Origin: an uncultured Bdellovibrionales bacterium
GTDB taxonomy: Bacteria; Bdellovibrionota_C; UBA2361; SZUA-149; CAZDWZ01
Reading direction: 5' to 3'
DNA length: 21,553 nucleotides
Assembly (NCBI GenBank): GCA_964405665.1
Contig: CAYOOT010000033.1
Location: 6,617 to 28,169 of the forward strand
In this document: positions 7,849 through 15,977 of the stretch, one piece after another
Position numbering within the stretch: position 1 is the first letter of the stretch
Layout of the letters: each line of letters opens with the position of its first letter
Made by a program: the position numbers and the translations under genes
Notes under the pieces: model-generated
Seen by the model: the letters and a program-made list of their open reading frames with translations, nothing else
Told to the model about the DNA's origin: nothing
Databases searched by the model: none

Positions 7849-10305
7849 ATGTCAACAACTTCCCCCTTAGACAATTTTCCGCAAGAAGTTTCTGCCGGCA
7901 GATTTATTGTAGAAACAAAATTAGTGGAAAGACCGAGTAGTGTTGTTTTTCGAGGAAGAGATCGACAATTGGGGGACCGACCCATTGCGATAAAATTTTT
8001 TATCGATCGCCCCGATCATAACCAAGAATGGATTGATGCTTTTGAAAGAGAAATTACTTTATTAAGAAATACTTCTCATAAATATCTGGTGCCAATAATT
8101 GCCGGAGGAATTGCCGGAAATTGGTTTTATATTGCGATGGAATTAATTGAAGGTCTGACTTTGAGAGAATATTTAAAAGGCCTCGATGCTCCAATGGACT
8201 CTAAAATAGCAATAGACATTATTTCAAAAATAGCAGAGGCCACCAAAGAAATTCATGAAAAAAATTCTTATCATGGGCATATGGATTCTCGCTCAATAAT
8301 GTTTAAAGGCAAAGAACCGAGGTTGGCCGGTTACTATCCTCATATTTTAAGCAAGATTCATCAAAGCCAAACTTCGACCGGAAGATTATTAGTTGATCCG
8401 GGATACATTGCTCCTGAACAAATCAGCAGTAGCGAGCAAATCGATGGTCGGGCTGATATTTATGCTTTGGGGATTTTACTCTACGAAATTCTTACTTTGC
8501 AAAAACCATTCAATGCGGCAAATCCGATGCAATTGGCGATGTTAAGAATGGTCAATGAGCCTCAATCTCCACAGAAACTTAATTCTCAAATCCCTTCTTT
8601 ATTAGATGCCGCAATACTTAAAGCTTTAGCCAGGAATCCCCAGGATCGTTTTTCTTCAGTTGCAGAATTTCTTGATGCCTTAAGAGGTGGAAAACCTTTG
8701 ATAAAAAACCCTCTTTTTGAAGCCGTTGAAAATGAAAATGAAAGAATCCTGGGAACTGAAACGATAGCTGTTTCTATGTCGAATGCCGCAATTAAAGAAA
8801 TTTTAAAAGAACATGAAAGAAAAAGCAGACAAGAAAAAGATATTAAAATTAAAACTGAACCCAAACAAACGGCCCAAAAACCAATGGCTAAACCGGCCAG
8901 TTCTGAACCATTGGAAGTTGATTCGACAATGATAGGAATGAAAGTCGATCGTTTACTGAAAGCAACAATGGTAGTTGTTTCTGAAAAATCTTTTGGGAAT
9001 AAATATGATTTGGGAGATAAACAAATTTTAATTGGCAGTGATTCGGCTTGCGGCATTCCCTTACCGGGGAAAAATATTCCTGCGCATTCGGCCATTATCG
9101 TCAATAAGAATTCCAATTATTATTTGTCGGCACTTTCCCCCAATATTAAGATCAATGGAAAACCTGCCGTCATCTCGGAAGAATATGCTTTAATGCGCGG
9201 AGATATCGTAGAATGTGCCGATTATCAATTACGTTATGTCGCTCCCGGCGAAGTTTTTACCCTACAAAAAGATGTTGCCGAACGAATTATTGATAAGCCA
9301 AAAAATAAATTTTCCAAGTATTTGGGAATATCTGCTGCGGTAGCTTTAATTGTTTGCGGATTTTTGTTTTATTCTTATAAAAATAATTTATTCCTTGCCC
9401 AAAATGCTCAGGTTAAAAATCAAGAAGCCAAGAAATTAATGAGAAAAGAATTGATTGACAAGTTTCGTAAAGAGGGCGATGAATTTTTTAAAGAAGGCAA
9501 ATTAATTGAACCGCCAGAAGCAAATGCCCGTAAGCGATTTGAACAAATTATCGAGCTTGACGCCTATGATACTTATGCCAGAAGAAGGCTTGCTGAAATA
9601 GAAGACCGCGTTCAACTGTTAAATCAGCAAGCGAATAAACATAAATTGACTTCCGAAAGAATTGAAAAATTATTACAACAAGCTGAACAGTATTTTAAAG
9701 CAGGAAAATATATTACCCCTCCTGGGGCTAACGCCAAAGAAATATACGAAGAAATTATTAAGTATGACACCGAAAATGAAGTTGCTAAAAAACAATTAAT
9801 AGAAATTAATAGTATTTTAGGAGATTTGGTATCAAGAATAAATGAGCTAATTGCCACCGCAAAAAGTTATATTGATAAAAAACAATATGTCAGTCCTGAA
9901 GGAGAAAATGCCAAAGAACTGATTGACCAAATTTTGGCAATTGATCCAGAAAACGAGGATGCTCATAAATTACTCATCGAAATGGCCGCTTTGGCAATTA
10001 TCGAAGGGGATCAGGCAAAAGCAAATCTTAAAGCGGATCAAATGAAACAATCCTATCTGATCGCTCAGGCAGTAGGAGTAGATCCGGTGTTTATTAAAAG
10101 TAAAATGCAAGGAGCTGATATCATTTCCCGTTCCAAATCTTCTGTTGTAATTGTTGATACTGGAGAAAGTGAGGCCAATCAAAAAAGTAATTCTGCTTAT
10201 TTAAATATGGCAGAAATCAATAAAAGAATTTCTATTCTGCAATTACAAGCTGAGGTGAAGAATCCCAGTACAAAGAGTCAATTTTTTGAAGTTAATAAAA
10301 AGTAA
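7849..10305 (+). CDS. Ser/Thr-protein-kinase-like (predicted pseudokinase) - FHA - single TM - periplasmic 3x45-aa repeat protein
   Basis: The kinase fold retains VAIK (IAIKFF), the alphaC Glu (FEREI), APE (GYIAPEQ) and DIYALGILLYE. The Gly loop is degenerate (LVERPSSVVF). The catalytic loop reads YHGHMDSRSIMF in place of HRDLKPxNIL. There is no DFG (RLAGYY). An FHA-like segment spans about aa 385-470 (NG, LMRGDIVECADYQLRYV). TM helix at aa 491-510. Three tandem repeats about 45 aa each lie at about 9478-9964. Confidence 0.8.
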   Translation: MSTTSPLDNFPQEVSAGRFIVETKLVERPSSVVFRGRDRQLGDRPIAIKFFIDRPDHNQEWIDAFEREITLLRNTSHKYLVPIIAGGIAGNWFYIAMELIEGLTLREYLKGLDAPMDSKIAIDIISKIAEATKEIHEKNSYHGHMDSRSIMFKGKEPRLAGYYPHILSKIHQSQTSTGRLLVDPGYIAPEQISSSEQIDGRADIYALGILLYEILTLQKPFNAANPMQLAMLRMVNEPQSPQKLNSQIPSLLDAAILKALARNPQDRFSSVAEFLDALRGGKPLIKNPLFEAVENENERILGTETIAVSMSNAAIKEILKEHERKSRQEKDIKIKTEPKQTAQKPMAKPASSEPLEVDSTMIGMKVDRLLKATMVVVSEKSFGNKYDLGDKQILIGSDSACGIPLPGKNIPAHSAIIVNKNSNYYLSALSPNIKINGKPAVISEEYALMRGDIVECADYQLRYVAPGEVFTLQKDVAERIIDKPKNKFSKYLGISAAVALIVCGFLFYSYKNNLFLAQNAQVKNQEAKKLMRKELIDKFRKEGDEFFKEGKLIEPPEANARKRFEQIIELDAYDTYARRRLAEIEDRVQLLNQQANKHKLTSERIEKLLQQAEQYFKAGKYITPPGANAKEIYEEIIKYDTENEVAKKQLIEINSILGDLVSRINELIATAKSYIDKKQYVSPEGENAKELIDQILAIDPENEDAHKLLIEMAALAIIEGDQAKANLKADQMKQSYLIAQAVGVDPVFIKSKMQGADIISRSKSSVVIVDTGESEANQKSNSAYLNMAEINKRISILQLQAEVKNPSTKSQFFEVNKK

Positions 10306-10313
10306 TCTTTTTT

Positions 10314-11048
10314 GTGGGATTTTTTAATAAAAAAGAAAAAAAGAAAATAGAAAAACACTCTTCTCTTGCTTTCTGGTTTTCTATTCCGGCAAATATCATT
10401 TTGGGAATGATTTTATTAATTACAATCGCACTTTTTTTACGAAATGGTATTTTTGAAAAAGAGGTTTGGACTTTATTTGCTGTCGGCTTGATATTTGCCT
10501 TTTCCATTCTTTCCCGGGCAAGGATTTCTCGAATCCGGGTGCTGATTCATGAATTAAGACATGCTATTTTAGTTTTGATTACGGGAAATAATTTAAAACA
10601 TATTAAGGTAGGAAAAGATGAAGGTGAAGTCGCTTATGAAATGTTCGAAAATAAGATTCAATCCGGTCCGATAATTACCTTGGCTCCTTATTGTTTTCCA
10701 ATATTTTCTATCCCGACACTCGCTGCATGTTTAATCTTAGAAAACGATTATCGCGTTATTTTATCTCTTGCTTTGGGTTTTGCTTTGGGTTTGGATATTT
10801 CTACCGCTCTCGATGAAATTCATCCCGGACAAACTGATTTTAAAAAAGTTATCGGTGGATTTTTCATGTCAGCGCTTTTTATTGTTTCTTTTGGATTTTT
10901 TTGGATTAGTTTTTGTTTTCTTTGGATCGTGGGGGGAAGAAATGCTTATCTTAACGCCGCAACAACTGGCTATCAGATTGCCGAGGTTACCCGAGAGTAT
11001 TTAAAAGAAGAATATTTGCAGAAGGATTTGTCTCAAAGAAAACCATAG
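10314..11048 (+). CDS. polytopic membrane protein with HExxH motif (putative zincin-like metallopeptidase, DUF3267-like)
   Basis: GTG start 8 nt after the kinase stop, so the two genes are probably co-transcribed. HELRH at aa 79-83 follows TM2. There are 5-6 hydrophobic helices. Start codon is uncertain because there is no SD. Confidence 0.6.
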   Translation: MGFFNKKEKKKIEKHSSLAFWFSIPANIILGMILLITIALFLRNGIFEKEVWTLFAVGLIFAFSILSRARISRIRVLIHELRHAILVLITGNNLKHIKVGKDEGEVAYEMFENKIQSGPIITLAPYCFPIFSIPTLAACLILENDYRVILSLALGFALGLDISTALDEIHPGQTDFKKVIGGFFMSALFIVSFGFFWISFCFLWIVGGRNAYLNAATTGYQIAEVTREYLKEEYLQKDLSQRKP

Positions 11049-11073
11049 TCCGGTAATTCAGTCTTTTAATTGA

Positions 11074-11676
11074 TTAGTACGGATGATCTAATTCTTCGTA
11101 TTTAGTGTCTTCTCCAGTCATTACGCATTCAGTCCGTTTTAGAATTTCATTCACTTTTTCATTTTTTTTTATTTTTTCAAGATAAAGCGCCGGTGGATTG
11201 GTATAAATTGAAGATGAGCTGTTCAGTTCGTACTTTGTATTTGCTTCTAAATTATCACTGAGGCTGCAATTTGCGTAAAGATATTTTCTAAAGCAGCCAT
11301 AATAAGTTTTGGTATAAGTGCTTTCGTAGCAAGCAGTAGGGGACTTATTTTTTCTCCTTGCCCGATCTTGATCGTCTAAACAGCTGCGATATCCCGAACT
11401 GTCAAATTTTGTGTTTTCCTGACAATCATAGGGACTGCCTAAAATAGCAATCGCCAAATCAAAACGATGTTCTCCCGGCAGAAGAGTAATACCACTGGTA
11501 TTAAACTCCTGCCCTGAGGTGGAGCAGCGATAAACTTCCAGATTTTTATTGTCGGAAGTAACATAGACAGTAGCTATTTTATTTTCTGGAAGTTCCGGGC
11601 CGGGATAACCCTTGGTTGGTGAGCACGAAATAAGGGTAATGATACTGAGCAATAAAGCAGCTTTAATAATATTCAT
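11074..11676 (-). CDS. Cys-containing lipoprotein of unknown function
   Basis: ATG at 11676 gives MNIIKAALLLSIITLISC, a lipobox-type signal. The first 14 nt overlap the 3' end of hldD. The mature part has about 8 Cys. The track start at 11715 lacks a signal peptide. Confidence 0.6.
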   Translation of the reverse strand: MNIIKAALLLSIITLISCSPTKGYPGPELPENKIATVYVTSDNKNLEVYRCSTSGQEFNTSGITLLPGEHRFDLAIAILGSPYDCQENTKFDSSGYRSCLDDQDRARRKNKSPTACYESTYTKTYYGCFRKYLYANCSLSDNLEANTKYELNSSSSIYTNPPALYLEKIKKNEKVNEILKRTECVMTGEDTKYEELDHPY

Positions 11677-12640
11677 GTTTTGACAAATGATTGTTAACAT
11701 AATCGCCGACAGCATCTTCCAAGGACATAAACTGATAGTTTAAACCTGTGCTTTTTAGTTTGTTCATCTCTGCTTGAGTAAAATATTGATATTTATTTTG
11801 GAGGTGCAAGGGCATTTCGATATATTCGATATTGGGTTGTTTGTTCAAAGCAGCAAAAACGGCTTTTGCTAAATTATTCCAAGGTTGAGCGGCTCCTGTT
11901 CCTAAATTATAAATGCCCGATATTTTCGGACGATTATAAAGCCACCAAATAACTTCGCAGCAATCTTTTACATAAATAAAATCTCTTTTTTGTTCCCCGT
12001 CTTGATATTGAGGATGATGGGATTTGAAAAGTTTAATTTTGCCTTGGTTTTTAATTTGATTAAAAGCTTTAAACACCAAGCTGCTCATTTCTGTTTTGTG
12101 GTTTTCGTTGGGTCCGAATACGTTGAAAAATTTAAGGCCGACCATTGATTTGATTGCTCCAGTATTAAGAGCCCAAGTGTCAAAGGCGCTTTTGGAATAG
12201 CCATAGATATTAAGTGGCTTTAGTTTTTTAGAAACATCATCGGCATCGGAAAATCCCAAATTTCCATCTCCGTAAGTTGCAGCACTGGAAGCATAAATCA
12301 TTCTTATTCCACGAGGCATTGCCCATTCGGCAAGCGCTTTGGAAAAGGAAAAATTATTATGCATTACATATTCAGCATTTATTTCCGTTGTGGAAGAACA
12401 AGCGCCTAAATGAATTATTGCTTTTACGTTGTTAAGTAAAAGAGGTAATTGAGCATGGGTAAGCATTTGGTAGAACCGATCCTTGTGAATGTAATCAAGG
12501 TAGCTCTTGCCAACAAGATTTTTCCATTTTTCTGAGGTTCCCAGATTATCAACAATGATAATATCTTTAATGCCTTCATTGTTTAGTTTTTTTAATAAAC
12601 AACTGCCAATAAATCCTGCCCCACCTGTAAGTAAAATCAT
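11663..12640 (-). CDS. hldD: ADP-L-glycero-D-manno-heptose 6-epimerase
   Basis: The N-terminus MILLTGGAGFIGSCLLKKLNNEGIKDIIIVDNL closely matches E. coli HldD/RfaD. The SDR-type catalytic YGYSK (YxxxK) is present. 325 aa. Confidence 0.88.
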   Translation of the reverse strand: MILLTGGAGFIGSCLLKKLNNEGIKDIIIVDNLGTSEKWKNLVGKSYLDYIHKDRFYQMLTHAQLPLLLNNVKAIIHLGACSSTTEINAEYVMHNNFSFSKALAEWAMPRGIRMIYASSAATYGDGNLGFSDADDVSKKLKPLNIYGYSKSAFDTWALNTGAIKSMVGLKFFNVFGPNENHKTEMSSLVFKAFNQIKNQGKIKLFKSHHPQYQDGEQKRDFIYVKDCCEVIWWLYNRPKISGIYNLGTGAAQPWNNLAKAVFAALNKQPNIEYIEMPLHLQNKYQYFTQAEMNKLKSTGLNYQFMSLEDAVGDYVNNHLSKHEYY

Positions 12641-12740
12641 CTTTAGTCCTGAATAATTATTAGGAATAATTTATAATATAAATCACCAAACATAGAAAAC
12701 TAAGTATAAAAAAATATAGTTATTTTAAGTAACTAAAATA

Positions 12741-12768
12741 TTGACTAAGCAAATAATTAGCGTATAAA
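12741..12768 (+). promoter_or_regulatory. candidate leu operon promoter (TTGACT-16-TATAAA) with AT-rich upstream region
   Basis: -35 at 12741-12746 and -10 at 12763-12768. It is positioned to start transcription about 8-10 nt before the leader ORF ATG at 12785. Confidence 0.4.
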
Positions 12769-12784
12769 AAAGTCATTGATTTTT

Positions 12785-12892
12785 ATGAAAACAGATTTTA
12801 TTAAAATTTCTTTTAGTTTCAAGTGCTTATCCCAGAGCTTAGGGATCCAAGGTTTATCGCTGTCTCTGCTGCTACTTATTATTAAGATCTAA
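12785..12892 (+). CDS. leuL: leucine-rich leader peptide of leu operon attenuator (leuL-like), 35 aa: MKTDFIKISFSFKCLSQSLGIQGLSLSLLLLIIKI
   Basis: Short ORF not in the ORF track. It has 8 Leu codons, including four consecutive ones (CTG CTG CTA CTT at 12866-12877) within LSLSLLLL. The stop at 12890-12892 directly abuts the antiterminator segment and lies upstream of a perfect terminator hairpin. Confidence 0.6.
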   Translation: MKTDFIKISFSFKCLSQSLGIQGLSLSLLLLIIKI

Positions 12893-12918
12893 AGAGGCAG
12901 AGCTTTATATTGATTTTT

Positions 12919-12956
12919 AAAGGCCCTGTCTCCCCAGACAGGGCCTTTTTTGTTTT
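12919..12956 (+). terminator. attenuator / rho-independent terminator hairpin upstream of leuA
   Basis: Perfect 11-bp GC-rich stem AGGCCCTGTCT (12921-31), loop CCCC, then AGACAGGGCCT (12936-46), followed by TTTTTGTTTT. The alternative pairing of 12894-12903 (GAGGCAGAGC) with 12923-12932 gives 9/10 pairs, consistent with an antiterminator. Confidence 0.7.
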
Positions 12957-12981
12957 AAGGACAAGAAAGAAAGAGGAAAAA

Positions 12982-14580
12982 ATGGAAAAAAATAGACAGA
13001 TTCGTATTTTTGATACGACGTTAAGAGACGGTCAGCAGTGCCCGGGTGCGGGAATGAGCTTTGAACATAATTTGGAATATGCAGAGCTGGCCTGTGAAGT
13101 TGGTGTGGATGTGATGGAAGCAGGTTTCCCCTCCGCCAGCGCTTTGGATTATAAAATTGTTAATACAATTGCTTCAGAATTTAGTTCTCGTCTGGATTGT
13201 CCGATTATCGCCGGCCTTTGCCAATTAAGAGAAGAACAAGTTGATAAGACCATCGAAGCATTATTTCCGGCAATTCGTTATCAAAAAGCATTGCTTCATG
13301 TCTATTTGCCGGTGGGGGAAGAATTAATGGCGGCATCTTTAGGAGTTGAACGTGCTGAAAATAAAAAGCAATTAGTAAAAGAAGTTTATGATTATATATT
13401 AAAGGCTTCTCAGGCAGGGCTGGAAGTAGAATTTAGTCCTGAGGGCTATTCCCAAATGAAGAGTAACTTTGATTTTACAACTGATTGCATTAGAGCGGCG
13501 GTGGAAGCGGGAGCAACAGTGATTAATTGTCCGGACACAATTGGCGGAGCTTGTGAATTTGAAGGAGAAGAATATTTTGTTGAAAAAATGAATCGCCATG
13601 CGGCAATTATTGCTAAAGAATATCCCGGCCGTTCGATTATTTGGTCGGCACATTGTCATAATGATTTTGGTTTGGCTGTTCAAAATTCAATCAATGCCGT
13701 TTTCCGCGGACCGGTAACGCAAGTTGAAGGTTGTTTTAATGGCGTGGGAGAAAGAGCGGGAAATGCAGCTTTGGAACAAGTGATTATGATCATCAAACAC
13801 TTTGCACATAAACAAAATTCTAAAAATCCATTCTACACAAAAATTAAAACTGAATATATTCAAAAAATCTCTGATTTTGTTTCGAAAAATATGCTTGCCC
13901 GACAAGCTTGTTCGCCAATTGTGGGAGAAAATGCTGTTAAACATACTGCCGGAGGACACACCAATGCCATGTTAAAAAATCCTCTTGCCTATCAGCCTTT
14001 TGATCCCCAAGAAGTAGGCCGAGAAATTAGTTTTATCTTTGGCCCTTTAAGTGGGGGCAATCATGCCAAGTCAGTAATTGAAAATAAGGGCTATCATTGT
14101 GCCGATGCGGAGAAAGCAACCATCGCACAGTACATAAAAAACATTTATTCCGATCGCAGAAAAGGAATAACTGATGCTGAATTGTTAAACGGATATTTTT
14201 CTTATCGCGAGCCGATTAAACTTGATAACTTGGAATATTCTAAGAGTGAAAATAAAGCGAAAATTAAAGCAGAGGGTTCTTTTTTTTCTAAATCTGGTAT
14301 GATCATAGAAGAAATTGAAGGAAAAGATTCGGCTCTGGCTGCCTTAAAAAAAGCTATTGAGAAAAATTTCGATCCTTTTAGTGTTGAAAACTATCGAAGC
14401 AAATCTGATTCTTCGGGGATTGAAGCAAGAAGCATTTCCAAAATAGTAATTAAAGATTCTCAAGGACTTGTTTTTGACGGAACCGGAATTGATCAAGATA
14501 TAGAAATTTCTTCAATGAAAGCTTTAATAGCTGCAGTAAATAAAGCATTTATCGAAAAAAATTATAGGAAAAATGGCTAA
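12982..14580 (+). CDS. leuA: 2-isopropylmalate synthase (long form with C-terminal regulatory domain)
   Basis: ATG at 12982 with an AGAGGAAAAA SD. DRE-TIM motif RIFDTTLRDGQQ, the metal-site HCHNDFGLAVQNS, and a C-terminal LeuA-dimer/allosteric domain. The stop overlaps the leuC start (TAATG). The track start at 12910 would run through the terminator hairpin. Confidence 0.85.
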   Translation: MEKNRQIRIFDTTLRDGQQCPGAGMSFEHNLEYAELACEVGVDVMEAGFPSASALDYKIVNTIASEFSSRLDCPIIAGLCQLREEQVDKTIEALFPAIRYQKALLHVYLPVGEELMAASLGVERAENKKQLVKEVYDYILKASQAGLEVEFSPEGYSQMKSNFDFTTDCIRAAVEAGATVINCPDTIGGACEFEGEEYFVEKMNRHAAIIAKEYPGRSIIWSAHCHNDFGLAVQNSINAVFRGPVTQVEGCFNGVGERAGNAALEQVIMIIKHFAHKQNSKNPFYTKIKTEYIQKISDFVSKNMLARQACSPIVGENAVKHTAGGHTNAMLKNPLAYQPFDPQEVGREISFIFGPLSGGNHAKSVIENKGYHCADAEKATIAQYIKNIYSDRRKGITDAELLNGYFSYREPIKLDNLEYSKSENKAKIKAEGSFFSKSGMIIEEIEGKDSALAALKKAIEKNFDPFSVENYRSKSDSSGIEARSISKIVIKDSQGLVFDGTGIDQDIEISSMKALIAAVNKAFIEKNYRKNG

Positions 14581-15977
14581 TGGGGCGAAATATAATAGAA
14601 AAAATTTGGGATGCGCATCTTGTTCTGGAACATCCGGGGCATCCTGATATTTTAGCAATAGATCTGATGCTGATTCATGAAGTAACTTCCGCTCAGGCCT
14701 TTCAAATGCTTAGAGAAAAAAATTTAAAAGTAAATGATTGCGGGAAGATGCTGGCCACTTTGGATCACAGTATCCCTACCCGGAAAAACCGTTTGGAAAT
14801 ATATGATCAATCGGCAAAGATTCAGGTAGAAACTTTGCGAACTAATTGTAAAGATTTTGGAATTCCTCTTTGTGATTATGACAGTGGTCGGCAAGGTGTG
14901 GTGCATGTGATTGGCCCGGAAATGGGAACAACACAACCGGGAATGACTATTGTTTGCGGGGATTCTCATACCTCCACTCACGGCGCATTCGGAGCACTAG
15001 CGTTTGGAATTGGTACTTCGGAAGTAGCGCATGTGTTAGCAACAAGTTGTATGTTGCAGAAAAGACCAAAGACAATGAAAGTTGTTTTTAATGGCAAATT
15101 TAATAAAGGGGTTTATGCTAAAGATGCCATTATTAAGCTTATTTCTGTGATTGGTTTTGACGGTGCGACCGGTTATGTCATTGAATACTCTGGCACGGCG
15201 ATTTCTAAAATGAGCATGGAAGAGCGAATGACAGTTTGCAACATGACTATCGAATGTGGTGCCAGGGCGGGACTAATCGCTCCCGATCAAACGACAATTG
15301 ATTATATTAAAGGAAAAGCATTTGCTCCAAAAGCGGCAGATTGGGATCGAGCAGTTCAGTATTGGTTAAGTTTTCAAAGTGATCCTGATTCTAAATTCGA
15401 TCGAGAAGTGATTATTAATTTAGATGAACTTCAACCGATGGTTACTTGGGGAACAAATCCTTCTCAAGCAGTAGATATCAAAAGTAACATTCCTAAGTTT
15501 GCTGAACTAGCAGAAGAGCAAAAAGCAGGAGTAAAAAGAGCTTTAGAATATACTAAATTAAAAGATGGACAGGCAATTGCGGGAGTGCCGATTACTTGGG
15601 CATTTTTAGGATCTTGTACCAATGGTCGGATTGAAGATCTAAGAATAGCGGCAAAAATTTTAGCAGGAAATAAAATCCATCCCACTGTAACTTTTTATGT
15701 CGTTCCTGGTTCAGAAGCGGTAAGAGATCAGGCCATTAAGGAAGGACTGGATCAAATATTTATTCAAGCCGGTGCTGATTTTAGAATGCCGGGCTGTTCC
15801 ATGTGCTTAGCAATGAATGATGACAAGGTTCCTCCCGGAATGCGTTGCATCAGTTCTTCGAATCGTAATTTTGTCGGTCGTCAAGGTCCCGGAAGTTTAA
15901 CTCATTTGGCCTCTCCGGCAACAGTTACGGCCAGTGCAATTGAAGGAAAAATAACATCTGCGGAGGGATTTATTTAA
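14580..15977 (+). CDS. leuC: 3-isopropylmalate dehydratase large subunit
   Basis: Aconitase-family motifs GDSHTSTHGAFGALAFGIGTSE, GSCTNGRIEDL and MPGCSMCLAMN. TAATG overlaps with leuA upstream and leuD downstream. Confidence 0.9.
   Translation: MGRNIIEKIWDAHLVLEHPGHPDILAIDLMLIHEVTSAQAFQMLREKNLKVNDCGKMLATLDHSIPTRKNRLEIYDQSAKIQVETLRTNCKDFGIPLCDYDSGRQGVVHVIGPEMGTTQPGMTIVCGDSHTSTHGAFGALAFGIGTSEVAHVLATSCMLQKRPKTMKVVFNGKFNKGVYAKDAIIKLISVIGFDGATGYVIEYSGTAISKMSMEERMTVCNMTIECGARAGLIAPDQTTIDYIKGKAFAPKAADWDRAVQYWLSFQSDPDSKFDREVIINLDELQPMVTWGTNPSQAVDIKSNIPKFAELAEEQKAGVKRALEYTKLKDGQAIAGVPITWAFLGSCTNGRIEDLRIAAKILAGNKIHPTVTFYVVPGSEAVRDQAIKEGLDQIFIQAGADFRMPGCSMCLAMNDDKVPPGMRCISSSNRNFVGRQGPGSLTHLASPATVTASAIEGKITSAEGFI

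Noticed and set aside
8586-10182. Minus-strand ORFs (176, 77 and 70 aa) inside the pseudokinase gene
   Set aside because: These are antisense shadows of a long, well-supported plus-strand CDS.
10292-10507. Minus-strand 71-aa ORF spanning the kinase/HExxH junction
   Set aside because: It is antisense to two co-directional genes and has a Lys/Phe-rich low-complexity translation typical of AT-rich antisense frames.
12910-12981. ORF-track 5' extension of leuA (MIFKGPVSPDRAFFVLRTRKKEEK...)
   Set aside because: It reads straight through the perfect terminator hairpin and U-tract. The proper start with an SD is the ATG at 12982, which begins with MEKNRQIRIFDTTLRDG.
13399-13959. Minus-strand 94-aa and 90-aa ORFs inside leuA, and the 85/73/64/89-aa ORFs inside leuC and leuB
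   Set aside because: They are antisense to conserved enzymes and have no independent support.
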